Assembly: GCA_963422395.1 (NCBI GenBank)
Contig: OY729431.1
Location: 44,449 to 108,448 of the forward strand
Source of the DNA: Vicinamibacteria bacterium
GTDB taxonomy: Bacteria > Acidobacteriota > Vicinamibacteria > Marinacidobacterales > Marinacidobacteraceae
Length of the DNA stretch: 64,000 nucleotides
Reading direction: 5' to 3'
In this document: one piece after another, positions 1-8,486 of the stretch
Layout: each line of letters starts with the position of its first letter
Position numbering within the stretch: the first letter of the stretch is position 1
Program-made: the position numbers and the translations under genes
The notes under the pieces: generated by a model
The model's database searches: none
What the model was told of the DNA's origin: nothing
The model's input: the letters and a program-made list of their open reading frames with translations, nothing else

Positions 1-36
1 AACGATCTTCCGGGGACGGGGACAAGGGAGCCTCCT

Positions 37-435
37 TCAGGGAGTCCTGGAGGGAGCCCTGGACGCCGGGGCTTCGTAGGCCGCCGCCATCGCGGGGTTT
101 TCGACCATCTCCACCCGCAAGACGCCGCGGAAGCCGCGGGGGAGCCGCGCCGTCAGCTCGCCGTGGACGAAGCGGCAGAGGAACTCGGTCGTGGTGTTCT
201 GGCCCGGAAACACTTCGTCGAGGTCGGCGTAGCGAAGCGGGTCGAGGGACTCGCCGAGCGCCTGTTTCGCCCAAGCGAGATCGAGCAGCACATTGTGTTC
301 GTCCAGCGCCGGGCCTCGGAACTCGGCAGTCACCGCGTAGGTCGCGCCGTGCCGATTCTGCGCCGGACCGAAGACCTCGCCCCGAAGTGCGTGGGAGCAC
401 ATCACATGGTCCCGGACGGAGATGCTGAACAGGAG
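37..435 (-). CDS. 6-pyruvoyl-tetrahydropterin synthase-like protein (QueD/PTPS family); start uncertain (ATG 402, GTG 405 or CTG 432)
   Basis: The minus-strand translation ...SISVRDHVMCSHALRGEVFGPAQNRHGATYAVTAEF...LDEHNVLLDLAWAKQALGESLDPLRYADLDEVFPGQNTTTEFLCRFVHGEL matches the QueD/PTPS fold pattern (AAHxL...HGHxY...DF..L...D..P.....T.E.LA..I...L). The HGH is degenerate (HGATY). Confidence 0.45.
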   Translation of the reverse strand, partial: LLFSISVRDHVMCSHALRGEVFGPAQNRHGATYAVTAEFRGPALDEHNVLLDLAWAKQALGESLDPLRYADLDEVFPGQNTTTEFLCRFVHGELTARLPRGFRGVLRVEMVENPAMAAAYEAPASRAPSRTP

Positions 436-598
436 ATCTGGCCCGCGGCGGGGCGGGGCCGATGCTAGCAGCCTCTCCCGCTGCTCGCCGAAGGCCGAGG
501 GCCGCGAAAGGCTGCTGCCAGACGTCCGCTCCAGGCACCCGAGAGAAGAACCGGCGGATTCGTACACTGCCGCCCGAGGAACTCTCCCGAGGAACCCC

Positions 599-1483
599 AT
601 GACCGAACCATTCACCGATCCCCCCTTCGACCCGACCGCCGCAGCCGACGAAATCGCCGCCGCGCGCGCCGGACGCCGGCAGCTCGCGCCCTTCAGCGGG
701 CGCATCCCCGAGTTCGGCCTCGACGAGGCGTACCGGGTCGCCGGCATCCTCGCCTGCCGGCGGGCCGCCCGTTCGCCGGTGGTGGGCCGCAAGATCGGCT
801 TCACGAATCCGGCGCTTTGGGAAAAGGCAGGACTCACCCGGCCGGTATGGGGTTCGATGTTCGCGGAGTCGGTGCACCACACCGGACCGGGAGGTGCACC
901 GCCGGAGATTCCGATGGAAGGCGCCGTGGAGCCGAAGATCGAATGCGAGGTGGTGGTCGTGCTCGGATCCGCGCCGAAGCCGGGCGATCGGGGTGCGGCG
1001 GCGGCGCGCCATGCGGCGAAGATCGGACTCGGCTTCGAGGTGGTGGACTCGCCCTATCCCGGGTGGAACATGCGCCCGGCCGATGCGGTCGCTGCCGGCG
1101 GCATCCATCACGGACTCGCGGTAGGGCCGCTGATCGCGGTCACCGACCCGGCGGCGGCCGCCGCCGCGATGGCGGCCCTGACCGTGTCCATGATCCGTTC
1201 CCCGACCTATTCCCCGACCCGCGGGAAGAGACAGGAACCGGTCGCGGAGGGGGCCGGCCGGATGGTGCTCGGCAATCCTTTCGACGCGGTGGGGGTGCTC
1301 GCCGAAATGACGGCTGCCCAGGGAATTCCGCTCCGGCCCGGCGAGATCCTCACGACGGGAACCCTCACTCCGCCGCTGGCGGCCGCCGCCGGCGAGCGGT
1401 ACCGGGCCGAAGCGGCCGGCGATGTTCTCCCCCCCGTGGAAGTCGAGCTGGTTCGGGCGTCTGCCGCGGCAGCAAAGCGATGA
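599..1483 (+). CDS. 2-keto-4-pentenoate hydratase / MhpD-like hydratase (fumarylacetoacetate hydrolase superfamily)
   Basis: Long ORF 422..1483. An internal ATG at 599 gives MTEPFTD... The sequence carries a GRKIGFTNPALWEKAGL..EPKIECEVVVVLG pattern typical of MhpD/HpaH-type hydratases. Confidence 0.55.
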   Translation: MTEPFTDPPFDPTAAADEIAAARAGRRQLAPFSGRIPEFGLDEAYRVAGILACRRAARSPVVGRKIGFTNPALWEKAGLTRPVWGSMFAESVHHTGPGGAPPEIPMEGAVEPKIECEVVVVLGSAPKPGDRGAAAARHAAKIGLGFEVVDSPYPGWNMRPADAVAAGGIHHGLAVGPLIAVTDPAAAAAAMAALTVSMIRSPTYSPTRGKRQEPVAEGAGRMVLGNPFDAVGVLAEMTAAQGIPLRPGEILTTGTLTPPLAAAAGERYRAEAAGDVLPPVEVELVRASAAAAKR

Positions 1484-1687
1484 CTCCTCATCGAGGATCA
1501 TCGGGACCCGGGGCGTCCCGACACCGCCGGCCTCCCGGCGTTCCGTCATCCGCCTCGGGTTTCGGCGGCGGTCTCGGCGGAGAGGCCGGGCGTTCGGATC
1601 TGCCGGCGAATCCGGGAGGCCGTGCTAGCATCGCTTGCCGCCTTCTGGAAATCGGGTTCCTCTCCACGATCCGCCGAGATTGCGGGG

Positions 1688-2866
1688 ATGCCAGATGACC
1701 GCGATCGCCGAGTGAACCCCGTGCCGAACGTACCTGGAAACTCCGCTCTTCGGCTGCCGAGTCTCTCGATAACCGCGTTCCGCGGCATTCGCGAACTCTC
1801 GATCCCGCGGTTGGGCCGCGTGACCCTGCTCGCCGGACGCAACGGATCCGGCAAGACCAGTGTTCTCGAAGCGGTACGCATCTTTGCCTCTCGCGGCAGC
1901 CACGGGGTATTGAGGGAGATTCTGGACGATCGTGACGAACTGATCGAAGCCGTGGACGAAGACGGCGACCAAATCTCGACGATCGACTGGCCCTCGCTCT
2001 TCCACGGCCGGCAGCTCGCGGACGGAGAGACCATCTCCATCGGGCCCGAAAACGCCAGCGAACAGCTCACCATCCGATACGGACGCCTCTCCGAGGGAGA
2101 GACCGATCGACTGCGGCGGGCAACGCGCCGGTATTCGCTCTCCGAAGTTACCGGGATACTCCGGGTACGGTACGGGGAAATGGAGCGAAAGCTGCCGCTG
2201 TTGCCCGTTCCCCCGTATTTCGACCCGCGTGGGCTGCGCGGATTGCGCGGACTGCGCGGACTACTGATGGACGATGACTCGGATCAGCTCTCGGCGATTC
2301 CGTGCGGTTCTGTCGGTCCGGGTTTGCCCGGCAAGCAGAGCGTTGCCCGAGGCTGGGACGAGATCGCTCTCACGGACGACGAGGCGCGCGCGGTCGAGGC
2401 ACTGAATTCCGTCTCCGTCAGGCCCATCGAACGCGTGACCGTCGTCGGCAGGGAAGGCCGTCGGGGTGCACCCCGCGTGGTCGTCCGACTCAAGGGAGAC
2501 AACCGCCCGGTTCCGCTGAAGAGTCTGGGGGACGGGGTTACCCGAATGCTCGGTGTGGCGCTCGGTCTCGCCAACAGCAGAGGAGGGTTCCTGCTGATCG
2601 ACGAGGCGGAAAACGGTATCCACCACTCCGTCCAGCGCGATTACTGGAAGATGATCATGACGACGGCGCGGGACAACGATGTGCAGGTGATCGCCACCAC
2701 CCACGGCTGGGACTGCGTGGTCGGATTCGCACGCGCCGCGAAAGAGCTGGACGATGTGGAAGGGGCCCTGTTCCGTCTGGAACAGCGCCGCGAAAGGGTC
2801 CGGGCGGTGCGCTACTCGGAAGAAGACCTGGAGACCGCAGCCGACCAGGGTGTCGAGGTCCGATAG
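1688..2866 (+). CDS. AAA15/AAA21-family ABC-type ATPase (OLD/AriA/PtuA/AbiLi-like)
   Basis: An N-terminal LSITAFRGIRELSIP motif is followed by Walker A GRNGSGKT. A signature-like KSLGDGVTRML, Walker B LLIDEAENGIHH and H-loop ATTHG are present. An internal RGLRGLRGL stretch comes from 9-bp tandem repeats. The start is taken at the ATG at 1688; the ORF itself begins at 1622. Confidence 0.7.
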   Translation: MPDDRDRRVNPVPNVPGNSALRLPSLSITAFRGIRELSIPRLGRVTLLAGRNGSGKTSVLEAVRIFASRGSHGVLREILDDRDELIEAVDEDGDQISTIDWPSLFHGRQLADGETISIGPENASEQLTIRYGRLSEGETDRLRRATRRYSLSEVTGILRVRYGEMERKLPLLPVPPYFDPRGLRGLRGLRGLLMDDDSDQLSAIPCGSVGPGLPGKQSVARGWDEIALTDDEARAVEALNSVSVRPIERVTVVGREGRRGAPRVVVRLKGDNRPVPLKSLGDGVTRMLGVALGLANSRGGFLLIDEAENGIHHSVQRDYWKMIMTTARDNDVQVIATTHGWDCVVGFARAAKELDDVEGALFRLEQRRERVRAVRYSEEDLETAADQGVEVR

Positions 2867-2872
2867 TAATTC

Positions 2873-3517
2873 GTGGCCAGACCGGGTTCCGGATGCTCGG
2901 ACTCGATCCTGATCGTCGAGGGACCAGACGACAAGCATGTGATCGGACACACACAGAAAAAATCGATGCTATGCCTCTCGTTCGAGATCGTGGACAAAGG
3001 CGGCGTCGAAGAAGTGTTGAAGTCCGTTACCGCGGAAATCCAGGTTCCCGGGAGGAAAGCGGTCGGATTCGTCGTGGATGCGAATGGTTGCTGGCGTTCG
3101 CAGTGGAAAAGGGTATGCGAACGGCTGGGGCGGGCGGGCATGGAGCCCCCGAAGGATCCCAACGGGGAAGGCACGATCATCGAGGGGCAGCCTCGTGTCG
3201 GAGTCTGGATGATGCCGGACAATCGATCCGCGGGAGAATTGGAAGACTTCGTGCGGCAGATGGTGCCTGCAGCGGATGCCGCATGGCCCCTCGCAAAGGA
3301 ATTCATCAGGAGGATTCCCAGGGAGCATCGCGAATTCACCGAGGGGAAGACTAGAAGGGCAGAGCTCTACGCATGGCTCGCAACGAAGGAAGAACCGAGG
3401 CTTATGGGGTCGGCGATCAGAACCGGTGATCTGAGAACCGATACGGAGCTGTGCCGGAGATTCGCTGGCTGGATCTCGAGACTCTTCGGGACAGGGCTGC
3501 CGGGGATAGCGGGGTGA
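2873..3517 (+). CDS. small TOPRIM-like partner protein of the ATPase (DUF4276/DUF4435/RloB-like, OLD-family nuclease-like)
   Basis: Starts 7 nt after the ATPase stop. The N-terminus ILIVEGPDDKHVIGH resembles the OLD-family TOPRIM 'hhhVEGxxD' motif, and a downstream acidic VGFVVDANG follows. It is 214 aa, the size of a DUF4276-like protein. Confidence 0.6.
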   Translation: MARPGSGCSDSILIVEGPDDKHVIGHTQKKSMLCLSFEIVDKGGVEEVLKSVTAEIQVPGRKAVGFVVDANGCWRSQWKRVCERLGRAGMEPPKDPNGEGTIIEGQPRVGVWMMPDNRSAGELEDFVRQMVPAADAAWPLAKEFIRRIPREHREFTEGKTRRAELYAWLATKEEPRLMGSAIRTGDLRTDTELCRRFAGWISRLFGTGLPGIAG

Positions 3518-4864
3518 GTGAACACTGTGGAAACGAGTGAGGAACGAAGAGACGCCGACCTCGGCAATGTCTTCATCTCCAACTACCCGCCCTACTCGCG
3601 CTGGAATTCGGAGCAGACGGCGGCGCTCCATCGGGTCCTCGCTTCTGGCGGTCCGGGCGCGGATTCGAATACCGGAGAAGCGGCGGCGCTCGGCCTCTAT
3701 CTCCACATTCCGTTCTGCCGGAAGCGTTGCAAGTTCTGCTACTTCCGCGTGTACACCGACAAGAACAGCCGAGAGGTGGGACGGTACCTGGACGGCCTCG
3801 CCCGTGAAGTGGAGCTATACGCCGCGCAGCCGGCGGTTGCGGGAAGACCGCTGCGTTTCGTCTATTTCGGCGGCGGCACTCCCTCGTTCCTCAGCCCGAA
3901 GCAGCTCCGCGGGCTGGTCGCGCGTCTCGAATCCGCGCTGCGTTGGAACCGCGTGGAGGAAGTGGCGTTCGAATGCGAGCCGGGAACGCTTACCGCAGCC
4001 AAAGTCGAAGCGATTCGGAAGATCGGAGTCACTCGGTTGAGCCTCGGCATCGAAAATCTGAACGACGAAATCTTGCGAGAAAACGGCCGCGCCCACACCA
4101 CGCGCGAGATCCGCGCCGTCATGCCCTGGGTCCGGGAAGCGGCATTCCCGCAGGTGAATATGGATCTGATCGCCGGCATGGTGGGCGAGACCTGGCCGCT
4201 CTGGCGGCGCACGGTGCAGGAGACGATCGATCTCGACCCCGACAGCATCACCGTGTATCAGATGGAACTGCCTTTCAACACCGTGTACGCCAGGGATGTC
4301 CTCGACGATGGCCGCGAGGCGCCGGCTTTCGCCGATTGGGAGACGCGGCGCGAATGGCACGCCTACGCTTTCGAGCAATTCGCGGCCGCGGGCTACGAAC
4401 CGTCGAGCGCGTACACGGTGAAGAAACCGGGGCGCGGGATTCGTTTCCTCTACCGCGATGCCTTGTGGCGCGGCACGGACATGCTGGGCTGCGGCGTTTC
4501 CTCGTTCGGTTATCTGCAGGGTGTGCATTACCAAAACAGCGCCTCTTGGGATACCTATCTCGAAGCAGTCGAGCGCAAGAATTTTCCGATCGACCGAGCT
4601 CTCGAGACGACACTCCGGGAACGGCTGATCCGCGAAACGATCCTGCAACTCAAGCTGGGCCGCCTCGATCCCGGATACTTCCGCGAAAAATTCGGCGTCG
4701 AACTGACCGACGAGTTCGCTCCCGCCCTGAGCAAACTGCAGCGCGAGAACATGATGACGCTCGACGGAGATGGCATTCGGCTGACTCCCGAAGGCCTGCT
4801 TCGGGTGGATTCGCTGCTGCCCGAGTTCTACGAGCCGGAGAACCGGAACATCGCGTATGTCTGA
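3518..4864 (+). CDS. radical SAM protein, HemN/HemW family (oxygen-independent coproporphyrinogen-III oxidase-like)
   Basis: Contains the CxxxCxxC radical SAM cluster motif in LYLHIPFCRKRCKFCYF, then GGGTPS. A C-terminal HemN_C-like region is present. The GTG start at 3518 directly abuts the TGA at 3515-3517 of the upstream gene. Confidence 0.7.
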   Translation: MNTVETSEERRDADLGNVFISNYPPYSRWNSEQTAALHRVLASGGPGADSNTGEAAALGLYLHIPFCRKRCKFCYFRVYTDKNSREVGRYLDGLAREVELYAAQPAVAGRPLRFVYFGGGTPSFLSPKQLRGLVARLESALRWNRVEEVAFECEPGTLTAAKVEAIRKIGVTRLSLGIENLNDEILRENGRAHTTREIRAVMPWVREAAFPQVNMDLIAGMVGETWPLWRRTVQETIDLDPDSITVYQMELPFNTVYARDVLDDGREAPAFADWETRREWHAYAFEQFAAAGYEPSSAYTVKKPGRGIRFLYRDALWRGTDMLGCGVSSFGYLQGVHYQNSASWDTYLEAVERKNFPIDRALETTLRERLIRETILQLKLGRLDPGYFREKFGVELTDEFAPALSKLQRENMMTLDGDGIRLTPEGLLRVDSLLPEFYEPENRNIAYV

Positions 4865-4909
4865 GGGCGCTCTCGGCTGAAGCAGGCCGCTGCCCCCTCC
4901 TGCGAATCC

Positions 4910-6166
4910 ATGACTCGGGACGGGATCGATGTAGTCGTCCTGGGCGGAGGGCCGGCTGGTTGCACGACGGCGACCCTGATCGCCCGACAGGGATTTCGAG
5001 TGGCGCTCCTCGAACGGGAGCCGACGCCCGCTTTCAAGGTGGGCGAATCGCTCGTCCCCCATACCTATGGAACCTTCGCCCGGCTCGGCTTGCTCGACGA
5101 GCTGAAGCGAAGTCACTTCCAGCGCAAGCACAGCGTGCAGTTCGTGAATGCCGCCGGCCGCGCGTCGGCGCCTTTCTATTTTTCGGAGACCGACCCCCAC
5201 GAGCGCTCGACGACCTGGCAGGTGCTGCGAAGCGAGTTCGACCAGTTGATGCTCGACAATGCCGCTAGAAGCGGCGTTCAGCTGCGGCAGGGCGTCCAGG
5301 TGCAGGAGATCCTGTTCGAGGGCGAGACCGCCGTTGGCGTCAGAGCACGAGAGCGCGGCGGCCCGGCTGCCGTGGATATCCCCGCCAGAGTGGTGGTGGA
5401 TGCCACCGGGCGGAACGCCCTCCTCGCCAGACAGCTGAACCTGCTGGTCAGAGAACCGAACCTCCGCAAAGTCTCGATCTTCACCCATTTTCGGGGTGCC
5501 CGGCGCGGCGCGGGCATCGACGAAGGCGCCACCCTGATCCTGCACACCCGGAACCGAAAGTCGTGGTTCTGGTTCATCCCGCTGGCAGGAGATCTGGCGA
5601 GCGTCGGCGTGGTCGGTGATCTCGAGGCGCTGCAGAGCCGCGGCGGCGAGAACGGAGCCTCAGCGAGGTTCGACGAGGAGGTTCGCAACTGCCCCGCGCT
5701 CGAAGCCCGGCTGCGGTCGGCCGATCGCGTGCAGCCCGTCCGGGTGGTGCAAGACTTTTCCTACTGCTCCGAGCGCATCTCCGGGAACGGTTGGGTCCTC
5801 GTCGGCGACGCTTTCGCGTTCCTCGACCCCATCTATTCCACCGGCGTGGTGCTGGCTCTCCAATCGGGAGAAATGGCCGCCGACACGATCTGTCGTTGCC
5901 TCGCCGAAAACGATCTTTCGGGCGAGGCTCTCGGACGGTTCGCCGACCGGTTTCTCACCGGAATGCGGAGCTTTCGCAAGCTGGTGTACGCCTTCTACGA
6001 TCCGGATTTCGGATTCTCGGAGTTCCTCCGCGCCCACCCGGAGTGCCGGCGGGGATTGATCGACATCCTCTCGGGCAATGTCTTCGGCTCGGGCGTCGAG
6101 AGCATCTTCGTTCCCATGGAACGGATGTGCGGACTGCCCGGGGATGCGAGCGTCGGAGCGGTCTGA
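4910..6166 (+). CDS. flavin-dependent halogenase (tryptophan-halogenase family FAD monooxygenase)
   Basis: N-terminal dinucleotide-binding motif DVVVLGGGPAGCTTA. The halogenase hallmark WxWxIP is present as KSWFWFIPL. FKVGESLVP and the GDAFAFLDP FAD site are also present. Confidence 0.6.
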   Translation: MTRDGIDVVVLGGGPAGCTTATLIARQGFRVALLEREPTPAFKVGESLVPHTYGTFARLGLLDELKRSHFQRKHSVQFVNAAGRASAPFYFSETDPHERSTTWQVLRSEFDQLMLDNAARSGVQLRQGVQVQEILFEGETAVGVRARERGGPAAVDIPARVVVDATGRNALLARQLNLLVREPNLRKVSIFTHFRGARRGAGIDEGATLILHTRNRKSWFWFIPLAGDLASVGVVGDLEALQSRGGENGASARFDEEVRNCPALEARLRSADRVQPVRVVQDFSYCSERISGNGWVLVGDAFAFLDPIYSTGVVLALQSGEMAADTICRCLAENDLSGEALGRFADRFLTGMRSFRKLVYAFYDPDFGFSEFLRAHPECRRGLIDILSGNVFGSGVESIFVPMERMCGLPGDASVGAV

Positions 6167-6189
6167 GACCCTGCGCCGGTGACGGACGG

Positions 6190-7785
6190 TTGCTCTTCGG
6201 CGAAATCCTGCGGCGGGCCGCAGCGCGCGCGCCGGAGAAAACGGCGATTCTCGCCGGCAGTCGGCGACTTTCCTTCGCTGAGTACGACCGCCTCGCCAAC
6301 CGTTTCGCACACCTGCTGATCGCGGCCGGAATCCGCCCGGGCGACCGAGTCGCCTGCTCGTTGTGGAACAGCCCGGAATACGGCGTGGTCCATTTCGGGA
6401 ACGCGCGGGCGGGCAGCATCCTGGTCCATATCCCGCCGCTCTACGCTCCCCGCGAGATCGCACAGATCGTCTCCCGTACCGAACCGCGCGCCCTGGTGGC
6501 GGACGCCGGCGTTTTGGACCGGGTTGCCCCGGAGACTCTTCGCGCGGTCGGGACGGTGATCGCCGCCGGCGCTTCCGGCTTTGACGGTGCTCTCGGATTC
6601 GACGAAGCGATCGGCGGACAGCCCGAGCACGCTCCGGATCTGGAACTCGACCCCGGCGCTCCCGCCGCCATGACCTTCACCGGCGGTACCACCGGCGAGC
6701 CCAGGGGAGCCGTCGTGAATCACCGGGCGCGTCATGTCTCTGCGGTCACCACTGCGCGGGAACACCGGGTGACGGACCAGGACATCGTCGCCGTGATCAC
6801 CCCGATGTGCCACGCCGTGGGCCTGATGATCTGGCACCAGGCCGCCGTCGTGGCAGGGGCGGCTTCCGTCGTGTTTCGAAAGTGGGATCCGGAAGAGTTT
6901 TTCGCCGAGACCGAACGGCGCCGGATCTCCTCGGCATTTCTGGTGCCGGTCCAGGTGCGCGACCTGTTGCGGGCGCCCGGCTTCGATCGGGACCGGTTGG
7001 CTTCCTTGAAGAACATCGGGGTGGGGGGCGCGCCGACGCCGCCGGGGCTGATCGCCGAGTGGCGGGCCGCCCTTCCCTGCTGCGGGTACACCGACCACTA
7101 CGGTCAATCGGAAACCGGCCCGCTCACCATCCTGAAACCCGAGGAGACGGCGGCGCACTCCGGAACTGTCGGCCGCGCCGCGGCCGGCGTGGAACTCCGG
7201 ATCGTGGACCCCGCCGGCGACCCGGTCGAACCGGAGGCCGTGGGCGAACTCATCGCGCGCGGGCCTTTCCTGATGGACGGCTACTTCGGGGACGAAGCGG
7301 AAACGGCTCGCTATTTCCGGAGCGCCGACGGCTGGGGTTGGACCGGGGACCTCGCCCGTGCCGACGAGCAGGGCTACCTCCGGCTGGTCGGCAGGACTCG
7401 CGACCTCATCATCTCCGGTGGGTGCAACATCTATCCGGGCGAGATCGAAACCGCGCTGCTGAGCCATCCGGGCGTCGAGGACTGCGCCGTTTTCGGAGCA
7501 CCGGACGAACGCTGGGGAGAGGCCCCCGTCGCCTGTGTGGTCCGCTCAGCCGGGGGGCAGGCCGCTGCCGGGGAACTCATCGCTCACTGCACCGATCAGC
7601 GGGCGCGCTACAAGCGCCCGCGGGAAATCGTCTTCGTCGAAGCGATCGCGCGAACCCCGACGGGCAAGGTTCCAAAGCAGCTCCTGCGCAACGCTTACCT
7701 GGCCGGCCGGCTCAGCGAAAAGGCACTCCCACCGCCCGAGACAGGAACTCGACGAACGGCGAGGCCCGGCGCACCAACTCCGTGA
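6190..7785 (+). CDS. AMP-dependent synthetase/ligase (acyl-CoA synthetase, ANL superfamily)
   Basis: Core motifs of the ANL superfamily: MTFTGGTTGEPRGAV, YGQSETGP, GWTGDLA...GYLRLVGRTRDLIISGG and ARTPTGKV. The start is probably the TTG at 6190 (LLFGEILRRAAARAPEKTAIL); there is no in-frame ATG after the upstream stop at 6166. Confidence 0.65.
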   Translation: MLFGEILRRAAARAPEKTAILAGSRRLSFAEYDRLANRFAHLLIAAGIRPGDRVACSLWNSPEYGVVHFGNARAGSILVHIPPLYAPREIAQIVSRTEPRALVADAGVLDRVAPETLRAVGTVIAAGASGFDGALGFDEAIGGQPEHAPDLELDPGAPAAMTFTGGTTGEPRGAVVNHRARHVSAVTTAREHRVTDQDIVAVITPMCHAVGLMIWHQAAVVAGAASVVFRKWDPEEFFAETERRRISSAFLVPVQVRDLLRAPGFDRDRLASLKNIGVGGAPTPPGLIAEWRAALPCCGYTDHYGQSETGPLTILKPEETAAHSGTVGRAAAGVELRIVDPAGDPVEPEAVGELIARGPFLMDGYFGDEAETARYFRSADGWGWTGDLARADEQGYLRLVGRTRDLIISGGCNIYPGEIETALLSHPGVEDCAVFGAPDERWGEAPVACVVRSAGGQAAAGELIAHCTDQRARYKRPREIVFVEAIARTPTGKVPKQLLRNAYLAGRLSEKALPPPETGTRRTARPGAPTP

Positions 7786-8398
7786 AGCGGTCTGGAAAGC
7801 CGGGCCTCACGACCTCGGCTTCCCGAACGCGGGCGACCGCCACGAAGTCCTTGCGCTTCAGATCCTCGACCAGCGGGTGATCGGGATCGAACCCTCGAGG
7901 CGGACGTTTCAGGGAATCGCCTTCGAGTGCGAACGTCTCGTCGAAGGCGGCGGCCGTGGTGATGCCGGTCCAGGCGTCCGGTCGGTCGACGATTTCCCCT
8001 CGAATCTTCGTGAGGGCGGCGCTGTCCGGGCGCCAGATGCCGCAGCCGACGAAGCAGGTCTCCGGCTCGAGGTGGAGATAGAAGCCGGGTGCGTGCGCGT
8101 CCTTCGCCGCCGCATGGCGGAAGTGCGCGCCGATGTTCGTCTTGTAGGGGGTCTTGTCCGGGGAGAACCGAATGTCGCGGTAGATGCGAAAGAGGGAGCC
8201 TCCGTTCGGCCTCGGGTCGGCGACGAAGTGCGGGCTGATCCGGGCGAGAGGCGCCGCGAACTCGCGGATGAATTCGAGCATGGGATCACGGACCACCGCG
8301 CGGTATCGCTCCTTGTTGGCCTCGAACCACGGGCGTTCGTTGTTGTCCTTCAGCTCACGCAGGAAATCGAATAGCGCCGGGGGAACCTTGGGGATCAC
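7712..8398 (-). CDS. DUF2461 / TIGR02453-family protein
   Basis: FDFLRELKDNNERPWFEANKERYRAVVRDPMLEF...YRDIRFSPDKTPYKTNIGAHF is the typical TIGR02453 pattern. The start is taken at the GTG at 8398 (VIPKVPP). The 3' end overlaps the convergent ligase by ~74 nt. Confidence 0.55.
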   Translation of the reverse strand: MIPKVPPALFDFLRELKDNNERPWFEANKERYRAVVRDPMLEFIREFAAPLARISPHFVADPRPNGGSLFRIYRDIRFSPDKTPYKTNIGAHFRHAAAKDAHAPGFYLHLEPETCFVGCGIWRPDSAALTKIRGEIVDRPDAWTGITTAAAFDETFALEGDSLKRPPRGFDPDHPLVEDLKRKDFVAVARVREAEVVRPGFPDRFTELVRRASPFVEFLSRAVGVPFR

Positions 8399-8486
8399 TT
8401 CGAGACTCCTTTCCAGAAAAATGGGCGGCGGAAGGCGAAATCCACGATAGCGTGAACGCTTACCCTCTCCGGCAGGAACGAGCTCG

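Noticed and set aside
463-474. CTAGCAGCCT 10-mer matching the MITE-B terminus inside the hydratase upstream region
   Set aside because: Only 10 nt match and there is no inverted partner, so it is not called as an element.
3815-5545. 576-aa minus-strand ORF, and similar long ORFs (5995..7467 -, 15198..18122 +, 34677..35801 -, 34893..36330 +, 42303..47522 +, 21808..22746 +)
   Set aside because: Arg/Gly/Pro-rich low-complexity translations lie antisense or out of frame to genes with clear family motifs. These are typical stop-poor alternative frames of ~70% GC DNA.
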